NCBI RefSeq assembly: GCF_018350175.1
Contig: NC_058368.1
Location: 1,922,001-1,986,000, forward strand
DNA length: 64,000 nucleotides
Origin: Felis catus
Taxonomy: Eukaryota
Direction: 5' to 3'
Part shown: one piece after another, positions 23,998 through 37,291 of the stretch
How the letters are laid out: the number at the start of each line of letters is the position of its first letter
How positions within the stretch are numbered: the stretch's first letter is position 1
Translations under genes and position numbers: made by a program
Notes under the pieces: model-generated
Told to the model about the DNA's origin: nothing
Database searches by the model: none
Seen by the model: the letters and a program-made list of their open reading frames with translations, nothing else

Positions 23998-24549
23998 TTC
24001 TAAGTGCTCTGTCAGGTATATGGTGCAGTTGTTCTCGGCACCAAATCATTTCAAGGCTATATCCCTGGAGCAGCCTCTGGGGGTGGGAAAAGCAAGTGGA
24101 ACCCACATTCCAAGGGCAGGGGAGGAGGGAGGAGGGATGCCTGGGCCCAGCTCATAGGTCAATTGGCAGTCGTGTCTCTTTGATGACGTTCCCCAACAGG
24201 AGCATCCCGACCTGGAAAACGGAATGACTTCTAAACAGCCCTGAGCTGCTGAAACGGAGCGTCTGTGGCAAGACTGGAAAGGTGCCGTTGAGAGAGGGGG
24301 TGTCAGCGGATGCTGCAGCGTGTCAGAATCCAGATCCTGGGCCATTGGCGGTTGTGGAGCGTGAGAGGGTTTGGAAGAGGGGTGGGCAAAAGGACGGCTT
24401 GTTCTTGGCCTGGAAATTCCTCTCAAGCAAGCCTGCTAAGCCTTTTTGAGTCACATCAAGGGGATGAAATCCTGCGATTTCCTCTGGTTGTCGAGAAGAA
24501 TCCAAGCCAGAGCTGCTCGCCAGCGGGCAGAGGATGATAGTGACATGCT

Positions 24550-24761
24550 TTCTTTTCTTTTTTTTTTTTTAAAGCTTATTTGTTTATTTTGAGAGAGACA
24601 GACGGCACAAGTGGGAGAGAGGGAGAGAGAGAATCCCAAGCGGGCTCCGCACGGCCAGCACAGAGCCTGATGCGGGGCTCAAACCCACGAAGCCGCGATT
24701 TCGTGACCTGAGCCGAAACCAAGAGTCAGACGCTTAACCAACGGAGCCACCCAGGCGCCCC
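24550..24761 (-). mobile_element. Can-SINE
   Basis: Full element, TSD TGATAG(T/G)GACA. Confidence 0.92.
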
Positions 24762-25647
24762 TGATAGGGACACAATTTCTTCTGTGAGGAGGTGACACAG
24801 GCCAGTCCCTGGATGTTGTGGAGGGCTGGAGAAAGGAGGAAGCTCGCCTGGGATAAGGTTGGGTTGTCTGAGAGCGACAAGTCTCTTGTGACTCTGTCTC
24901 TGCCCTCCCCACAAAGGGGACCGTGCTCCGTGGCCGCAAGAGCTGAGAGGAATGACCGGGCTGGATTTTGATAAACCAGTGGGCGAGTGCAGGCCTATAT
25001 CGCTGTCAGATGTCTGTGGGGACTGTCACTTCCCTGTAAGGGAGAATCTGCAGTGATGTTGCTTTGCCCTAATTCTTAACATTTAAACCCGTGGATGGTC
25101 ACAGAAAAGTGGGATTAATTTCTGAAGTTCTTCCCGCAGCTTCTGTTCATGCTCTTGGTGCTCTGGCCTCGTCCTCAGATTCGTGTACACACGAGCAGTG
25201 CGTCTTCTTCGAGCAGCCGCCGCAGTAGGTGGCTGCCCCTAGAGACGCCTCAGGTGGTTCTGCGGCCTCCAGCATGCTGTCGTCACGCGGCGTGGCCCAG
25301 AAAGCACCTTCTGCCCCAAGTGCGTAATACGAACACTGGCACCTGGACCCCGTGGGCCTGAGTAGAACGTATTGTTATTGATGGCACCTTTTTTGCCAAG
25401 CGTCCTAAAATATCCTGGTCCATAAAGCCTCCGGGTCACCTAGGCACTGAGAAGGACCTGGAACAAAGACAGGGTTCTTTGAACAACAGGAACACAGAGC
25501 AGTTGTTATCAGTTTTCTGATGGACAGCCTGCGGGAGAGTGGGGAAAACCCCTCAGCTTCTGTAAGCAATCTCTTCAGTGGAGAGAGGGCCTCTTAGCTT
25601 TCAGTGGGTCCCTTGTGAATACTTTTTTTAAGACTGTGGAGGCGTTA

Positions 25648-25878
25648 GGGGCGCCTGGGTGACTCAGTCGGTTGAGTGTCTGACTTCAGCTCAGGTCATG
25701 ATCTCACTGTCCGTGAGCTCGAGCCCCGCGTCGGGCTCTGTGCTGATGCCTCGGAGCCTGGAGCCCGCTTCGGATTCTGTGTCTCCCTCTCTCTCTGCCC
25801 CTCTCCTGCTCGTGCTCTGTCTCACTCTGTCTTTCAAAAATAAATAAATGTAAATAATAATAATAATAATAATAATAA
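25648..25878 (+). mobile_element. Can-SINE with (TAA)n tail
   Basis: TSD AAGA(C/A)TGTGGAGGCGTT. Confidence 0.94.
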
Positions 25879-26369
25879 AGAATGTGGAGGCGTTCCAAAA
25901 CAAAAACTTTGAGAACCGCTGCTTTAGAGGATGCATCTCTTTGGAATAGCATCCTCTGACGCTAGGGCAAAGGAACATAGTATTTGGCAAGAGCTGGTTT
26001 GCTTGTTTTTGAACTACAGAAGTCATAATCTACCTCAGCCAGGCTGGTTCCCCTGTCTTAGAGAACAGCCACAGCAGCTGCATTTGGGCCTCTGCCCTCT
26101 GACTGTCGCCTCACCTGTAATAGGATCCTGTCTCCTGCAATGATTTTCCTTCTATTTATCTTCCAACAAAGCTCAAGCCCACTTCTTGTCAAAGACTGCC
26201 CCAACCAGTCCTCCTTACACATTTACTTAAAAGAAAGAAAGAGTCATATCTGAAGTAAAACTGTGTTCTTTCTGTAATCTTAAAGTAATTCTCTCTTCAG
26301 AGTTCTAAATTCATCTAAATCTGGAAGGTATTACTTACTACAAATGTCAATGTTTAAAAATATGTATAT

Positions 26370-26689
26370 TTTTAATTTTTTTAATGTTTATTTCTGAGAC
26401 AGAGAGAGACAGAGCATGAGAGGGGGAGGGGCAGAGAGAGAGGGAGACCCAGAATCAGAAGCAGGCTTCAGGCTCCAAGCTGTCAGCACAGAGCCTGACG
26501 CGGGGCTCAAACTCACAAACTGTGAGATCATGACCTGAGCCGAAGTCGGTCACTCAACCGACTGAGCCACCCAGGCGCCCCCCCCCCAAAAATTATTTTA
26601 AATAATCTCTACACCCAGCACAGGGCTTGAACTTACAACCCTGATATCAAGAGTTACATGCTGTATCAACTGAGCCAGCCAGGTGCCCC
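26370..26689 (-). mobile_element. Can-SINE plus adjacent short Can-SINE
   Basis: Two reverse heads ending at ~26582 and ~26689. Confidence 0.9.
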
Positions 26690-27829
26690 TACTAATTTCC
26701 ACTTTGATGAAAGTAAAGACCTTAGAGCTTATGAATGGAATCAGATAATCCTACCTGCCTTATTGTGTTGTTCTGCAAAGACTCATGATAAGTTTATGTA
26801 GAAATGCCCAGGGATTTTACATTCAAGCTTTGATTTTAAGCATTCAATCAATCTGTATAAAGTGATGCTCAATACCTACATTGGACATAATGCTGCTCAG
26901 TATATTTTTGTTGACTCAGTATGGAATGAACAAATATTAGGTGTCCCTAATGGCTCAAGAACAGAGTAAGTCATGCCATTCAAGGGTCCCTCAATGATTC
27001 TCCAGGTTTTTTTTGGGGGGGGGGGTTGCATATACTGCAGATTTGCCTTAACATTATAGAAACCTGTTTCTGACTATGTAGCTTCAACAGCACCTTCCTG
27101 GAATGTATAAATATAGAAGGAAAAACCTAAAAGAAAACATTGCAATTCACAGGTGATTTGACAAAGAATTCTTATTTTCCTCTCCATGAAAATAGCTTGC
27201 CAAGAAATTTTATGGACCCTTGGAGTGAACAACAGATCTCACTTGCAAAAGTACTTCACCAGCTCCCTCTGCTGTTTGTTGGTTTGATTTGGAACTCCGA
27301 GAAGCTATGGTACTTAGTAGGGACTGAGTACCCCTAAGTATCGGCTAAAATAATGAATAGAATTCAGGATAAATTGTCTACTAGTTTAGGCACAGACAAG
27401 TATATCATTATCAGTATATTCTGTACTCTATTCTAAAGGAAATCAAACCACTAAATATATTTGCCTAAGAGTATTTCCACATGTATTCTTATTATCTTAA
27501 TATCTGTTTTTGTTTCAGCTGTGATCACATAACGTAAACTATTATCGTGAAGAAAAAAGACTTGCAGCAGTTATCAATTTGTATTTATTTGGTATAAACT
27601 CTCTCTAAATACATACACACATACATACTTAAAAAAAAAAAAGAGAAACAGGTAGCATTAAGTGATTTCTGTAGCATTCGCAATCATCGATTGTCAGACA
27701 CAAACGTTTTGAGGTTTCTTTTATGAGTTAGATTGTTCTCTTTATTTTTCTCAAATAACCATTTTAACCTAGAAGTGATGAAGGAAGATGCAAGATTAGG
27801 TCTCTAGAAAGTAAACTTTTTTTAAAACC

Positions 27830-28158
27830 ATTTTTTTGGGATTTTATTTTTTACAGTAATCTCTATACCCAACGTGGGACTCGAACTCATGACCCCAAGA
27901 TCAAGAGCCACAAGCTCAACCTACTGAGCCAACCAGGTGTCCCTACAAAGTAAACTTCTAATTTTATTTTTTTATTTTTTTAAAGTTTATTTCTTTTGAG
28001 AGAGAGAGAGAAAGAGAGGAGAGAGGGAAGAGAGAGAATCCCAAGCAGGCTCCGCACTGTCAGCATGGAGCCTGACAGCGGGACCCAAACTCACAAACCA
28101 TGAAATCATGACCTGAGCCAAAGGGTTGGATGCTCAACCCACTGAGCTACCCAGGTGC
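27830..28158 (-). mobile_element. Short Can-SINE plus Can-SINE at a reused site
   Basis: AAAGTAA(A/G)CTT occurs three times (~27808, ~27947, ~28161) flanking the two elements. Confidence 0.88.
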
Positions 28159-28469
28159 TGAAAGTAAGCTTGTAATTTTAAAAAATGAATCTGACCTGCT
28201 GAAATTTAGAAGAGCAGAAGATTCCAGTTAGCACAATAATTGGCCTTTCTGTCTGAATGGTTACTTCAAAAATAATTAACCCATTAAGTTTTTTAGAGAC
28301 ATCCTAGGAAGAAGTGACATTTTGAAAGCTTAAAGAGGTTCATATAAAAGGAAAGTCATGGAAAGAATAAATATAAATGACCAGTAAACATATGTACAAA
28401 AAATGCTTGCCTTCACTAATATTCAGACAACTGGTATTTTTTTCCTATCAAATTGACACTTTTTAACAA

Positions 28470-28520
28470 TTATATATATATGTATATATATGTACATACA
28501 TACATATATACACATATATA

Positions 28521-28558
<38 letters not shown>
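28470..28558. repeat. Compound (TA)/(TG)/(CATA) microsatellite
   Basis: Directly visible. Confidence 0.95.
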
Positions 28559-28561
<3 letters not shown>

Positions 28562-28572
28562 ATAATATACAT

Positions 28573-28900
28573 GGGGTGCCTGGCTAGCTTAGTCAGTAGA
28601 GCATGTGTCCCTTGATCTCAGGGTTGGGTCTCATCCATGTTGGGTATAGAGATTACTTAAAAATAAAATCCTAGGGGCGCCTGGGTGGCGCAGTCGGTTA
28701 AGCGTCCGACTTCAGCCAGGTCACGATCTCGCGGTCCGTGAGTTCGAGCCCCGCGTCAGGCTCTGAGCTGATGGCTCAGAGCCTGGAGCCTGCTTCCGAT
28801 TCTGTGTCTCCCTCTCTCTCTGCCCTTCCCCCGTTCATGCTCTGTCTCTCTCTGTCCCAAAAATAAAATAAACGTTGAAAAAAAAATTAAAAAAAATAAA
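28573..28900 (+). mobile_element. Short Can-SINE (~28573-28665) with a young felid Can-SINE (28674-~28897) in its tail
   Basis: Young copy has intact CpGs and TSD AAAATAAAATCCTA. Confidence 0.94.
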
Positions 28901-29264
28901 ATAAAATCCTAAATATCTAAAGCTGGCCCAAAGGTAATATAGAGTAAATCTAAGAGCTCTGACCCTGAAGGCATGATTGAGAGTGTGGATTTGGGCAGTT
29001 AATTAACCTCCGAGTGTCAGTGTCCTCGTCTATAAAACAGGAGTAATCACAGCATCTGTATCCTAGAGGATTCAGTTCATTAAAACATGCAAAGCTTAGA
29101 AGAGTGCTTGACACAAAGTGAAATTTAAATAAATGTTAGCTACTATTATGTGCATTAAATATCTCTAGGACATACAAGAAATAAGTGTCTGTAGTTGCCT
29201 CCCTGGGTGGGAACTTACTGGCAGAGAGGGAGACCTACTTACTACTGAACATTCTGGTCTGCGT

Positions 29265-29800
29265 ATTCTAGTGTCGCAGGAATATTTTCTCAGGGCTCCG
29301 ATGCCAAAACCACCACCTGAGACTTCCATTTATTATATAGTTAGTTCTAAGCAACTTAGTATTTGTGTCCCAAAAACCTAGTAGTCGTTTGAAAAAAAAA
29401 TTCATTTAAACTGAAAGAAAAAATGCAATTTTTATTTTATCCTTAAGTGACCGCAATTGCCAATCGGATGTGTGTGCTTCTTGGGCACTGCACAACTCCG
29501 CGAATCCCGGAACGAGACCAGATGCCGTTGCCACTCCTTTCCCATTCCGCAGTGATCTTCACAAGGTACTTGCTTTTTATGGCACCCACAAAATCCCAGC
29601 TTTGCAAAGAAATATGTCATTGCAAGGAAAGTAGTGTGATCTGATGTTGAAACTATGAGCTCCCCGGAGTTAGTAGAATGGTTACTTCTGTTTTCCTATC
29701 AATTTGTGAATTAAAGGGAAAAAGATTAGAACATCTCTTACTGCCCTTGTGCATTGACTGTGCACAGGGTACCTCAACACATAGTTTGAGAACCACAGTT
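29265..29800. mobile_element. hAT-Charlie-type DNA transposon remnant (family uncertain)
   Basis: Ends in CACATAGTTTGAGAACCAC, a Charlie-type terminus. The internal part resembles hAT sequence only by recollection. Confidence 0.5.
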
Positions 29801-29822
29801 AAACACCTTTTCATAACTTAAC

Positions 29823-30044
29823 ATTTTTTTAATTTTTTAAATGTTTGTTTATTTTTGAAGGAGAGAGAGATGGAGTGTGAGTGGCAGGTGGGGGCAGAGA
29901 GAGAGGGAGACACAGAATCCGAAGCAGGCTCCAGGCTCTGAGTGGTCAGCACAGAGCCCGACGCGGGGCTCGAACCCACGAACCGCGAGATCGTGACCTG
30001 AGTCGAAGTCGGCCGCTTAACCGACTGAGCCACCCAGGCGCCCC
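29823..30044 (-). mobile_element. Can-SINE
   Basis: Full element, ATAACTT flanks. Confidence 0.94.
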
Positions 30045-32728
30045 TATAACTTTTCGTAACTTTTGAATCTAGTTCATTTAAATCCATTAGAATGTAACAT
30101 AAAATATAGTATATATCCCTCTCCCCCAGCAGTTTTTTCCAAAATCAAGTTACCCTTCCCACCAGGTAGCTATTCCCTTGAAGACATTTTGGGCGGATTC
30201 TTTACTTTCAATGCAGGCTGCACAAATGCCTTGGAACCTGAAATGGGTGGTGGGTAAATCAACCTCCCCACCTTTTCCTCCTTCCTGGCATCTTTGATGC
30301 TGGAGAAAGAAAAAAGAGTGTAAGAGACAGAGGTCTCCTTATGTGACTGCCTGTCAGGTGCAGACCCAGGATTTAGGGCTAAAGCTTATAAAAATGTATG
30401 AAACGTTGGAGACACTTGAGTACTAAAGCTGAAATGGGCTTATGCAGGTGAGGGGCCCTGGGGTTTCACTTGGTTATCTCCTGCTAAGTTCCTCCTTCGG
30501 TTGGTCATCCCTGTCTCTCTAGCCAGTCCTGATTGACATGAGCTCTGTGAGGTTGTCCCCCAAGGCTGGCGCTTCCGTGGGAGATGGGAGGGGACCTGTG
30601 GAGGGAGATTCACACGCCAGGAGCAGTGAATCTGGACAAGACCCTGACTTGGGAGGTCCAGCTCCTATCTGGCCTGTTGTACAGGCTTCTGCTCCCCTTG
30701 GCCCTCCACACCTGCTACACCTGGCTCAACGGGTGGCCTTCTTGGCTCGGCTTGTCAGGTACGGCTCTCACCCACGGCATCCACTCAACTCACACAATCT
30801 TACTTCACGGAAGGGCAGAAATCTAGCCACGTGATTACTGTGAACTGCTTCTTGCCTTCCCTCTTTCACCCTTCATCCCCTCCCTGGTGTCCTTCCCTGC
30901 TTAGATGACACAGTTTCCTGATGAGCAACGACTCCGGCTGAGCCAAAGTCCAACGAGTGAGTAAAAAGCTTTATCCTGACTGGGGAAGTGAGAGGGTTTG
31001 GAGAGCTGACTGGTGATGGGGTGGGCTGTCCCCTGGCATTTCTCAGGAAGTCCAGAGGGGTCTCGAAGTCTCCCTGAACATAGAATGTGGAGTTCTTAGC
31101 ATCCTTTGTGCATGGCTTTGGGCGTCAGCCGCAATTCCAGAATGAAAAACAAAAGCCTACATGAAACATCGTGTTGTATATATTCATGTATATACATGTT
31201 GTGTATATTCAAAATCCAGAAATGAAATATTTAAAGAGTAAGATAAAGACAACATTCACAAGAGATATTATCGAGTCAACACTCTCATGGGAGTATAAAT
31301 CGGCACAATCCCTCTGGAAAGTCAAGTTGAAAATATGTGCCAAGGGCCTTAAAAATGTTCTTAAGGGTATAATTAGAGATGCAGAAAAAGATTTGTGTAC
31401 AAAGATACGCCTTTTTCTGTTTTTTAGAAAGTATTTGTTTTCTGTTACCCTTACTTCTGTTTTCTACTTAAGAGCCTGTGGGAGAACAGCCAACCTTTCC
31501 AGTGGCCTGAGCAGTGGGAGCTACAGACCAGTCTTCGGCGGTGAGCTGGGCCCCCCGGGCTTCAGTAGGGAACCACCGGACAGGCACAGAGGGTGCTTGT
31601 GCCTTCACGCTAGGCTGTAACCTTGGGTTGAGTAGCAGTAAGTACCAACCTATCACAAAGGATGTGCCCACAGGACTGAGCCATCTTTGCTCAGGAGGAG
31701 AGAGGAACCCATGGCGGGGACATGGCAGGGGATTGTAGGAGATTTGGGTTCTGGTTTTAAGGGATCATCTACAAGACTGCTGTGAAAGAAGACAAAGAAA
31801 GGGCCTTTTGTGTAGGAAGATACAAAAGGATGGGACAGCTGGAGAGAGAGAAGGAACAAATCAGGAATCGCTGGGCTGGGTCACCAAAGGCCTGGGACAC
31901 AAACCTGGACACTTGTTCCAGAAGGGGCCCCCACTCTCTTGAATGTGGTGGCGAAGAGCGGCATCGCTGTGAGGGACAATAGGCAAGAACTTGAGGGGCT
32001 TTGCACCTGAAACCCACCAGGACCTGACCGAATGCCCTGCTTTGACTTACGCAAGAGCCACTCTGGGGAGTCAGCCCAGGGCCTCAACCACTTCTTCCCA
32101 CAGTGGCCCAGAGAAGGGAATGTCTGCCCCGCAGCTAAGTGCCAGAGACTATGCCCCAGACAGTTCCCTCGCCAGCTGGGGGACCTCCTACCCTTCCCTG
32201 GAGCAGACGGCAGGCCCAGAGGTAAGACACCCCATTCCCTGCTTCTGGACACCTTCTCCCCAGGAGGGAACAAAGGACGAGACTTTGGGCGTGACAGGCA
32301 CGTGGCCACACATCCAAATGCACTAGTGTTACCTAGTTGTTTATCATTCTGAGCAGACTGGGTTGATCTCCTTGTCTTAAAGAAATTATTACACGTGTTA
32401 TTATAATGTAGTAAAATCAAGACGTCTCTTGGATGATTCATGGCTGCATTAACTGTTATATTACCGGGAATGTCACATTTATAAGTAAAACTTTATCATC
32501 TTCTACTCGTATTACTATCTTAAGGATTCGTCTTCTGGCAGCATTGACAAACTTCTTAAAAGATCGCAATCTTGCACTTAAGTTCTACAGACAGCATCGA
32601 AGTCTTGTCCAAGATCTAGAAATCTGAGGCAATGACATCCCAGAACAACACTGCAAACTTGTAATATACTCAGTTATAATCGGGGGGAGGGGGGGAGGTC
32701 AAAAAAACCTAGTGATAAGAATGTACTC

Positions 32729-33626
32729 TGGGGACGCCTGGATGTCTTAGTCGGTGGAGCATGTGACTCTTGATCTCAGGGTCGTGAGTTTGAGCCCCAC
32801 ATTGGGTGTAAAGCTTACTTAAAAAAAAAAAGAATACACTGTGAATTATAGCTCAAAGTAACCTAGTGACCTTAGAGCCCAGCCCCTTTTATTTATTTTG
32901 AGAGAGGGTGAGCAAGTGTGAGCTGGGCAGAGAGAGACATGGAAAGAGAGAATCCCAAGCAGGCTCCATACTGGCAGCACGGCACAGACTCGGGGCTAGA
33001 TCTCACGGAGAGATCATGATCTGAACGGAGAGACGATGATCTGAGCTGAAATCAAGAGTCGGCCACTTCAACGACCAAGCCACCCAGGCGCCCCACATTT
33101 TTACCTTCTTATAATTATATAAAGCGTCATACTTTCATTGCAGAAAATTTAGAAATATATAGAAAATATAAAGAAGAAGGAACAAAAAAGCACCCACGAT
33201 TACACCACCCCAAAAAGGCAACCATTTTTTAACTTTGTCGTATTTCTTTTCAGACATTTAGAATTTTGATATATTTCACTTTCTTTTTCTCTCTACTTTC
33301 CATAACTGAGATCACAGTATACATATAGCTTTATTTTACATATAAATAAATACATATAGCATTTTTAAACTTAACATTATATATTGATTATTTAGCTTGC
33401 CATTAAAAACTCTTTGGAAAATAGGGGTGCCTGGATGGCTCCGTCGGTTAGACACCCGACTTCGGCTCAGGTCATGATCTCACAGTTAGTGAGTTCGAGT
33501 CCCACATCGGGCTCTGTGCTGACAGCTCAGAGCCTGGAGCCTGTCTCCCTCTCTCTCTGCCCCTCCCCTGTTTGTGCTGTCTCTCTCTCTCTCTCTCTCT
33601 CTCTCAAAAATAAACATTAAAAAAAA
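32729..33626. mobile_element. Can-SINEs: short plus ~32729-32830, minus ~32886-33094, plus ~33424-33626
   Basis: Heads and tails visible. The last copy has TSD AAAAAC(T/C)TCTTTGGAAA. Confidence 0.88.
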
Positions 33627-33780
33627 GAGACTTTAAGCAAAAATTAAAAAAAAACCTCTTTGGAAACAAGATACCTAAAGATTCATAAAATGTCAATATG
33701 GCAGTAGAATTAGATCATAATATTGTTCATTGTCATCATATTACTGGACATAAAATTGCTTTTTAAAAATACTGTTATAG

Positions 33781-34005
33781 GGGCGCCTGGGTGGAGCAGT
33801 CGGTTAAGCGTCTGACTTCAGCCAGGTCACGATCTCGCGGTCTGGGAGTTCAAGCCCCGCGTCGGGCTCTGGGCTGATGGCTCGGAGCCTGGAGCCTGTT
33901 TCCGATTCTGTGTCTCCCTCTCTCTCTGCCCCTCCCCCGTTCATGCTCTGTCTCTCTCTGTCCCAAAAATAAATTAAAAAAAAGTTGAAAAAAAATTAAA
34001 AAAAA
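33781..34005 (+). mobile_element. Young felid Can-SINE
   Basis: Young-subfamily diagnostics, TSD AAAAATACT(G/A)TTATA. Confidence 0.95.
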
Positions 34006-34365
34006 ATACTATTATAAAAGTGTTAAAATAAATACTTGTGTGCATAAATGTTTGTCCTCAGTTTTCATTGATTCCTTAGAAATGATCGCCAAATCATTCT
34101 CTAGAAGAGTTGTAACCATGTTTATTTTCATCAACAGCACAGGAGTGTCCATTTCAATGTAACCATATCAGAACGTCATCGTTTTTAGTCTTTGCCATAG
34201 TGTTAGGTGAAAATGGTACCTCAGTATTTTAATTTGCATTTGTTCACCTAATGGTGGAGATTAGGTGAAGTATCTGTCATACATTATTGGTGCCTTGTTT
34301 CCCTTCTGTGAACTTCCTGTTCATAATCCTCACCCATTTTTCATATCAGGATGCTGTTATTATTC

Positions 34366-35146
34366 TTTTTTTTTTTAATTTTTTTCTTACATTTATTTAT
34401 TTTTGAGAAACAGAGTGAGACAAAGCATGAGTGGGGGAGGGGAAGAGAGAGAAGGAGACACAGAATCCAAAGTGGGCTCCAGACTCTGAGCTGTCAGCAC
34501 AGAACCTGATGCGGGGCTCGAACCCACGAATGGTGAGATCATGACCTGAGCTGAAGTCGGACACTCAACCGACTGAGCCACCCAGGTGTCCCAATTATTC
34601 TTGTCACTTTGTAGGTGTTCATTGCATACTAAACACATAAGCTCTTAGAAAAAATTTAAGTCGGAGTGTCTTCTCACATCATACATGAGAATATGTTTCA
34701 GATGATTAATGAGTGAAATGTAAACATGAAAATAAAGCAACACTAGAATGAAAAAAGATTAATAGCCAATTTCTGGATAGATGAGAACACACATTTAAAC
34801 ATCTCAGAGGAAATAATGTCACATTTGACTTTATAAAAAATCTAAAATTTTTGTATACTAAAAAATTATTCACTTATTCTTCCAATAAAAATTAAAAGGC
34901 AAATCACAAAATGTTAAAAATGTTTTTCATTCTCTCCATAAAAGCCTGGTTCTTTTATTTTATCTATTTATTTTTTAATGTTTATTTATTTATTTTGAAA
35001 GAGACAAAGAGAGAGAGAATCCCAAGCAGCCTCCACACTATCCGTGCAGAGCCCGATGTGGGGCTGGAACTCACGAACCGTGAGATCATGACCTGAGCCA
35101 AAACCAAGAGTCTGAGGCTTAACCAACTGGGCCATCCAGGCGCCCC
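34366..35146 (-). mobile_element. Two Can-SINEs (~34366-34592 and ~34950-35146) among old L1 fragments
   Basis: Reverse heads and tails. Flanks carry decayed L1 motifs (TTTTAATTTGCATTT). Confidence 0.88.
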
Positions 35147-36084
35147 TGGACTGATTATCTTAATCCCAGAATTTATTACATTAAAAAAGAGTAGCTGTCT
35201 ATGTGTTTGTCTTCTCTACAGTGTGAACTCCCTGATGGCAGGACCGTGCCTTAATTATTTTCTTTTCTTGTCTCCTGCACAAGGCCTGTCACTGGTGGGT
35301 GCTCTGTGCAGGTTTGTTGAAAGAGAGAAGGAAGTGGGGAAGGGGGGGGAGTGCAGAGAGGGGAAACAGAGGAGGGAGGAGGAGCAGGAAGACGGAGAAG
35401 GGGGAGAGGAATGAATTATTTTCCAAGAAAAAGTGGGCCTGTTGAGGACTGAGCAAGGCTGTCCAGCAAACGGTCTTGGATGGCTGAGCCCACCAGGGAG
35501 TCACCGTTTACTGAAGGGGGTGCGTTGGCACACGGCAGTTGGACCGGGAGAGGCCGACCTGAGTCAGCCAGAAGGGCACTCTACTCCTTGGGGCATCGGT
35601 AAGGGACGCAGGCTCTCCAACCACAGGGGGGAGTAGGCTCATTGGTGCTGAGGCAAGCATCCAAGACACAGACCTGGAAGTGACCTTGAAGAGTCTTAAG
35701 AGACAGCTCTTCTGGCGGCCACAGCCCCCGCAGCTGTCCTCGGTGCTCATGGGAACCGACCCTTCCCTGGACTGCGGCCGGCCTGGAGGTGAAAGGGCTG
35801 GGGAGGAGAAAGCAAGAAACACCGGCCGGTGGTGGCGTCGTTCTGAATGACACTTCCCTTCTCCCTTCTCGAACCCCTCGTGAGACAGTAAATACCACGT
35901 CCCCTTTGTCATGCAAGCCGGCCGCAGCTTCTTCAGCTCACCTCTGTTTTCCTGGCAAGACTGCGATTTGCACTGAAAATTGGCCAGGTTGCTTGCTATT
36001 GAACACAGCATCCTGATTCGTAAAGTTGAGGAGGCTGTGAGGACGGCAGTAAGACTACGAAGGCGATTAGCTAAAAATAATGAC

Positions 36085-36920
36085 ACATGCAGCCACTTTG
36101 GAGAACGGTTGGGCACTTTCTTAGAAGGCTAAACATAAACCCGCCAAACGACCCAGCGGTTTCACTCCCAGGAGAGATGAAATCGTACATCCGCACACAG
36201 ACTCACATGCGAATATTCAGCCAGCATTATGCCCAATAGCCAAAAAGAGCAGGAAAAAACCCCGCAAATATCCGTCAGCTGGTGAGGGGACAAAATGTGA
36301 TATCCTCACACAATGGAATACTGTTGGGCAGTAAAAAGGAAGGCGATACTGTGACATAGACGACACGGATGGACCTTGACAATGTTAGGCTGAGCGGAAG
36401 AAGCCAGTCACAAAGGGCCACATGTTGTATGATTTTATTTCAATGTCTGGAAAGGGTGAACCATAGGGACAGAAAGTAGATCAGTGGTTTCCTGGGGGTG
36501 GGGTTGGGGTTGGATAATGGTGAATGGGTGTGAAGGATCTCATTAGGGTAACGGAAATATCCTAACACTGGATTGGGGTAATGGTTGCACAGTAGAAACA
36601 CTTACTTAAAAGCACTCAGTGGGGGCGCCTGGGTGGCATAGTCGGTTAAGCGTCCGACTTCAGCCAGGTCACGATCTCGCGGTCCGTGAGTTCGAGCCCC
36701 GCGTCAGGCTCTGGGCTGATGGCTCAGAGCCTGGAGCCTGTTTCCGATTCTGTGTCTCCCTCTCTCTCTGCCCCTCCCCCGTTCATGCTCTGTCTCTCTC
36801 TGTCCCAAAAATAAATAAACATTGAAAAAAAAAATTAAAAAAAAAAAAAAAGCACTCAGTGCTATATTTTTTAAGTGTGAATTTTATGACATGACAATTA
36901 TGTAAGTTACATCTCAAGGT
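36085..36920 (+). mobile_element. Old L1 3' fragment with a young felid Can-SINE (36621-36850)
   Basis: GCAGCCACTTTGGA.AAC.GTT.GGCA, CAATGGAATACT, GAAGAAGCCAGTCACAAA. SINE has perfect TSD AAAAGCACTCAGTG. Confidence 0.9.
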
Positions 36921-37077
36921 TTCAAAAAATTTGAATGGGATAAGTAAAAACTCAAAAAGAGGGAATTCCTGATTTCTCCTTTATTATGTAACGTGTAGTA
37001 GATGAACTTGAGTCAATACAACAATTTTACACAAATTCCTTTAAGGATACAGACATACAGACTATATATTTTGAGAG

Positions 37078-37291
37078 TTTTTTTTTTTAAGTTTATGTAT
37101 TTATTTTGAGGGAGAAAGGGACAATGCGAGTGGGGGAGGGGCAGAGAGAGAAGAGAGGGAGAATCCCAAGCAGGCTCCATGCTGCCAGCACAGAGCCCAA
37201 TGAGGGGCTCAAACCCACCAAGGCACAAGATCATGACCTGAGCTGAAACCAAGAGTCGGACGCTTGACTGACGGGGCCACCCAGGCGCCCC
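37078..37291 (-). mobile_element. Can-SINE
   Basis: TSD T(A/G)TAT(T/C)TTGAGAG. Confidence 0.92.

Noticed and set aside
31460..32441. GC-rich block with ORFs up to 186 aa
   Set aside because: No domain similarity or splice structure. It may be a decayed LTR, but I cannot support a family call.
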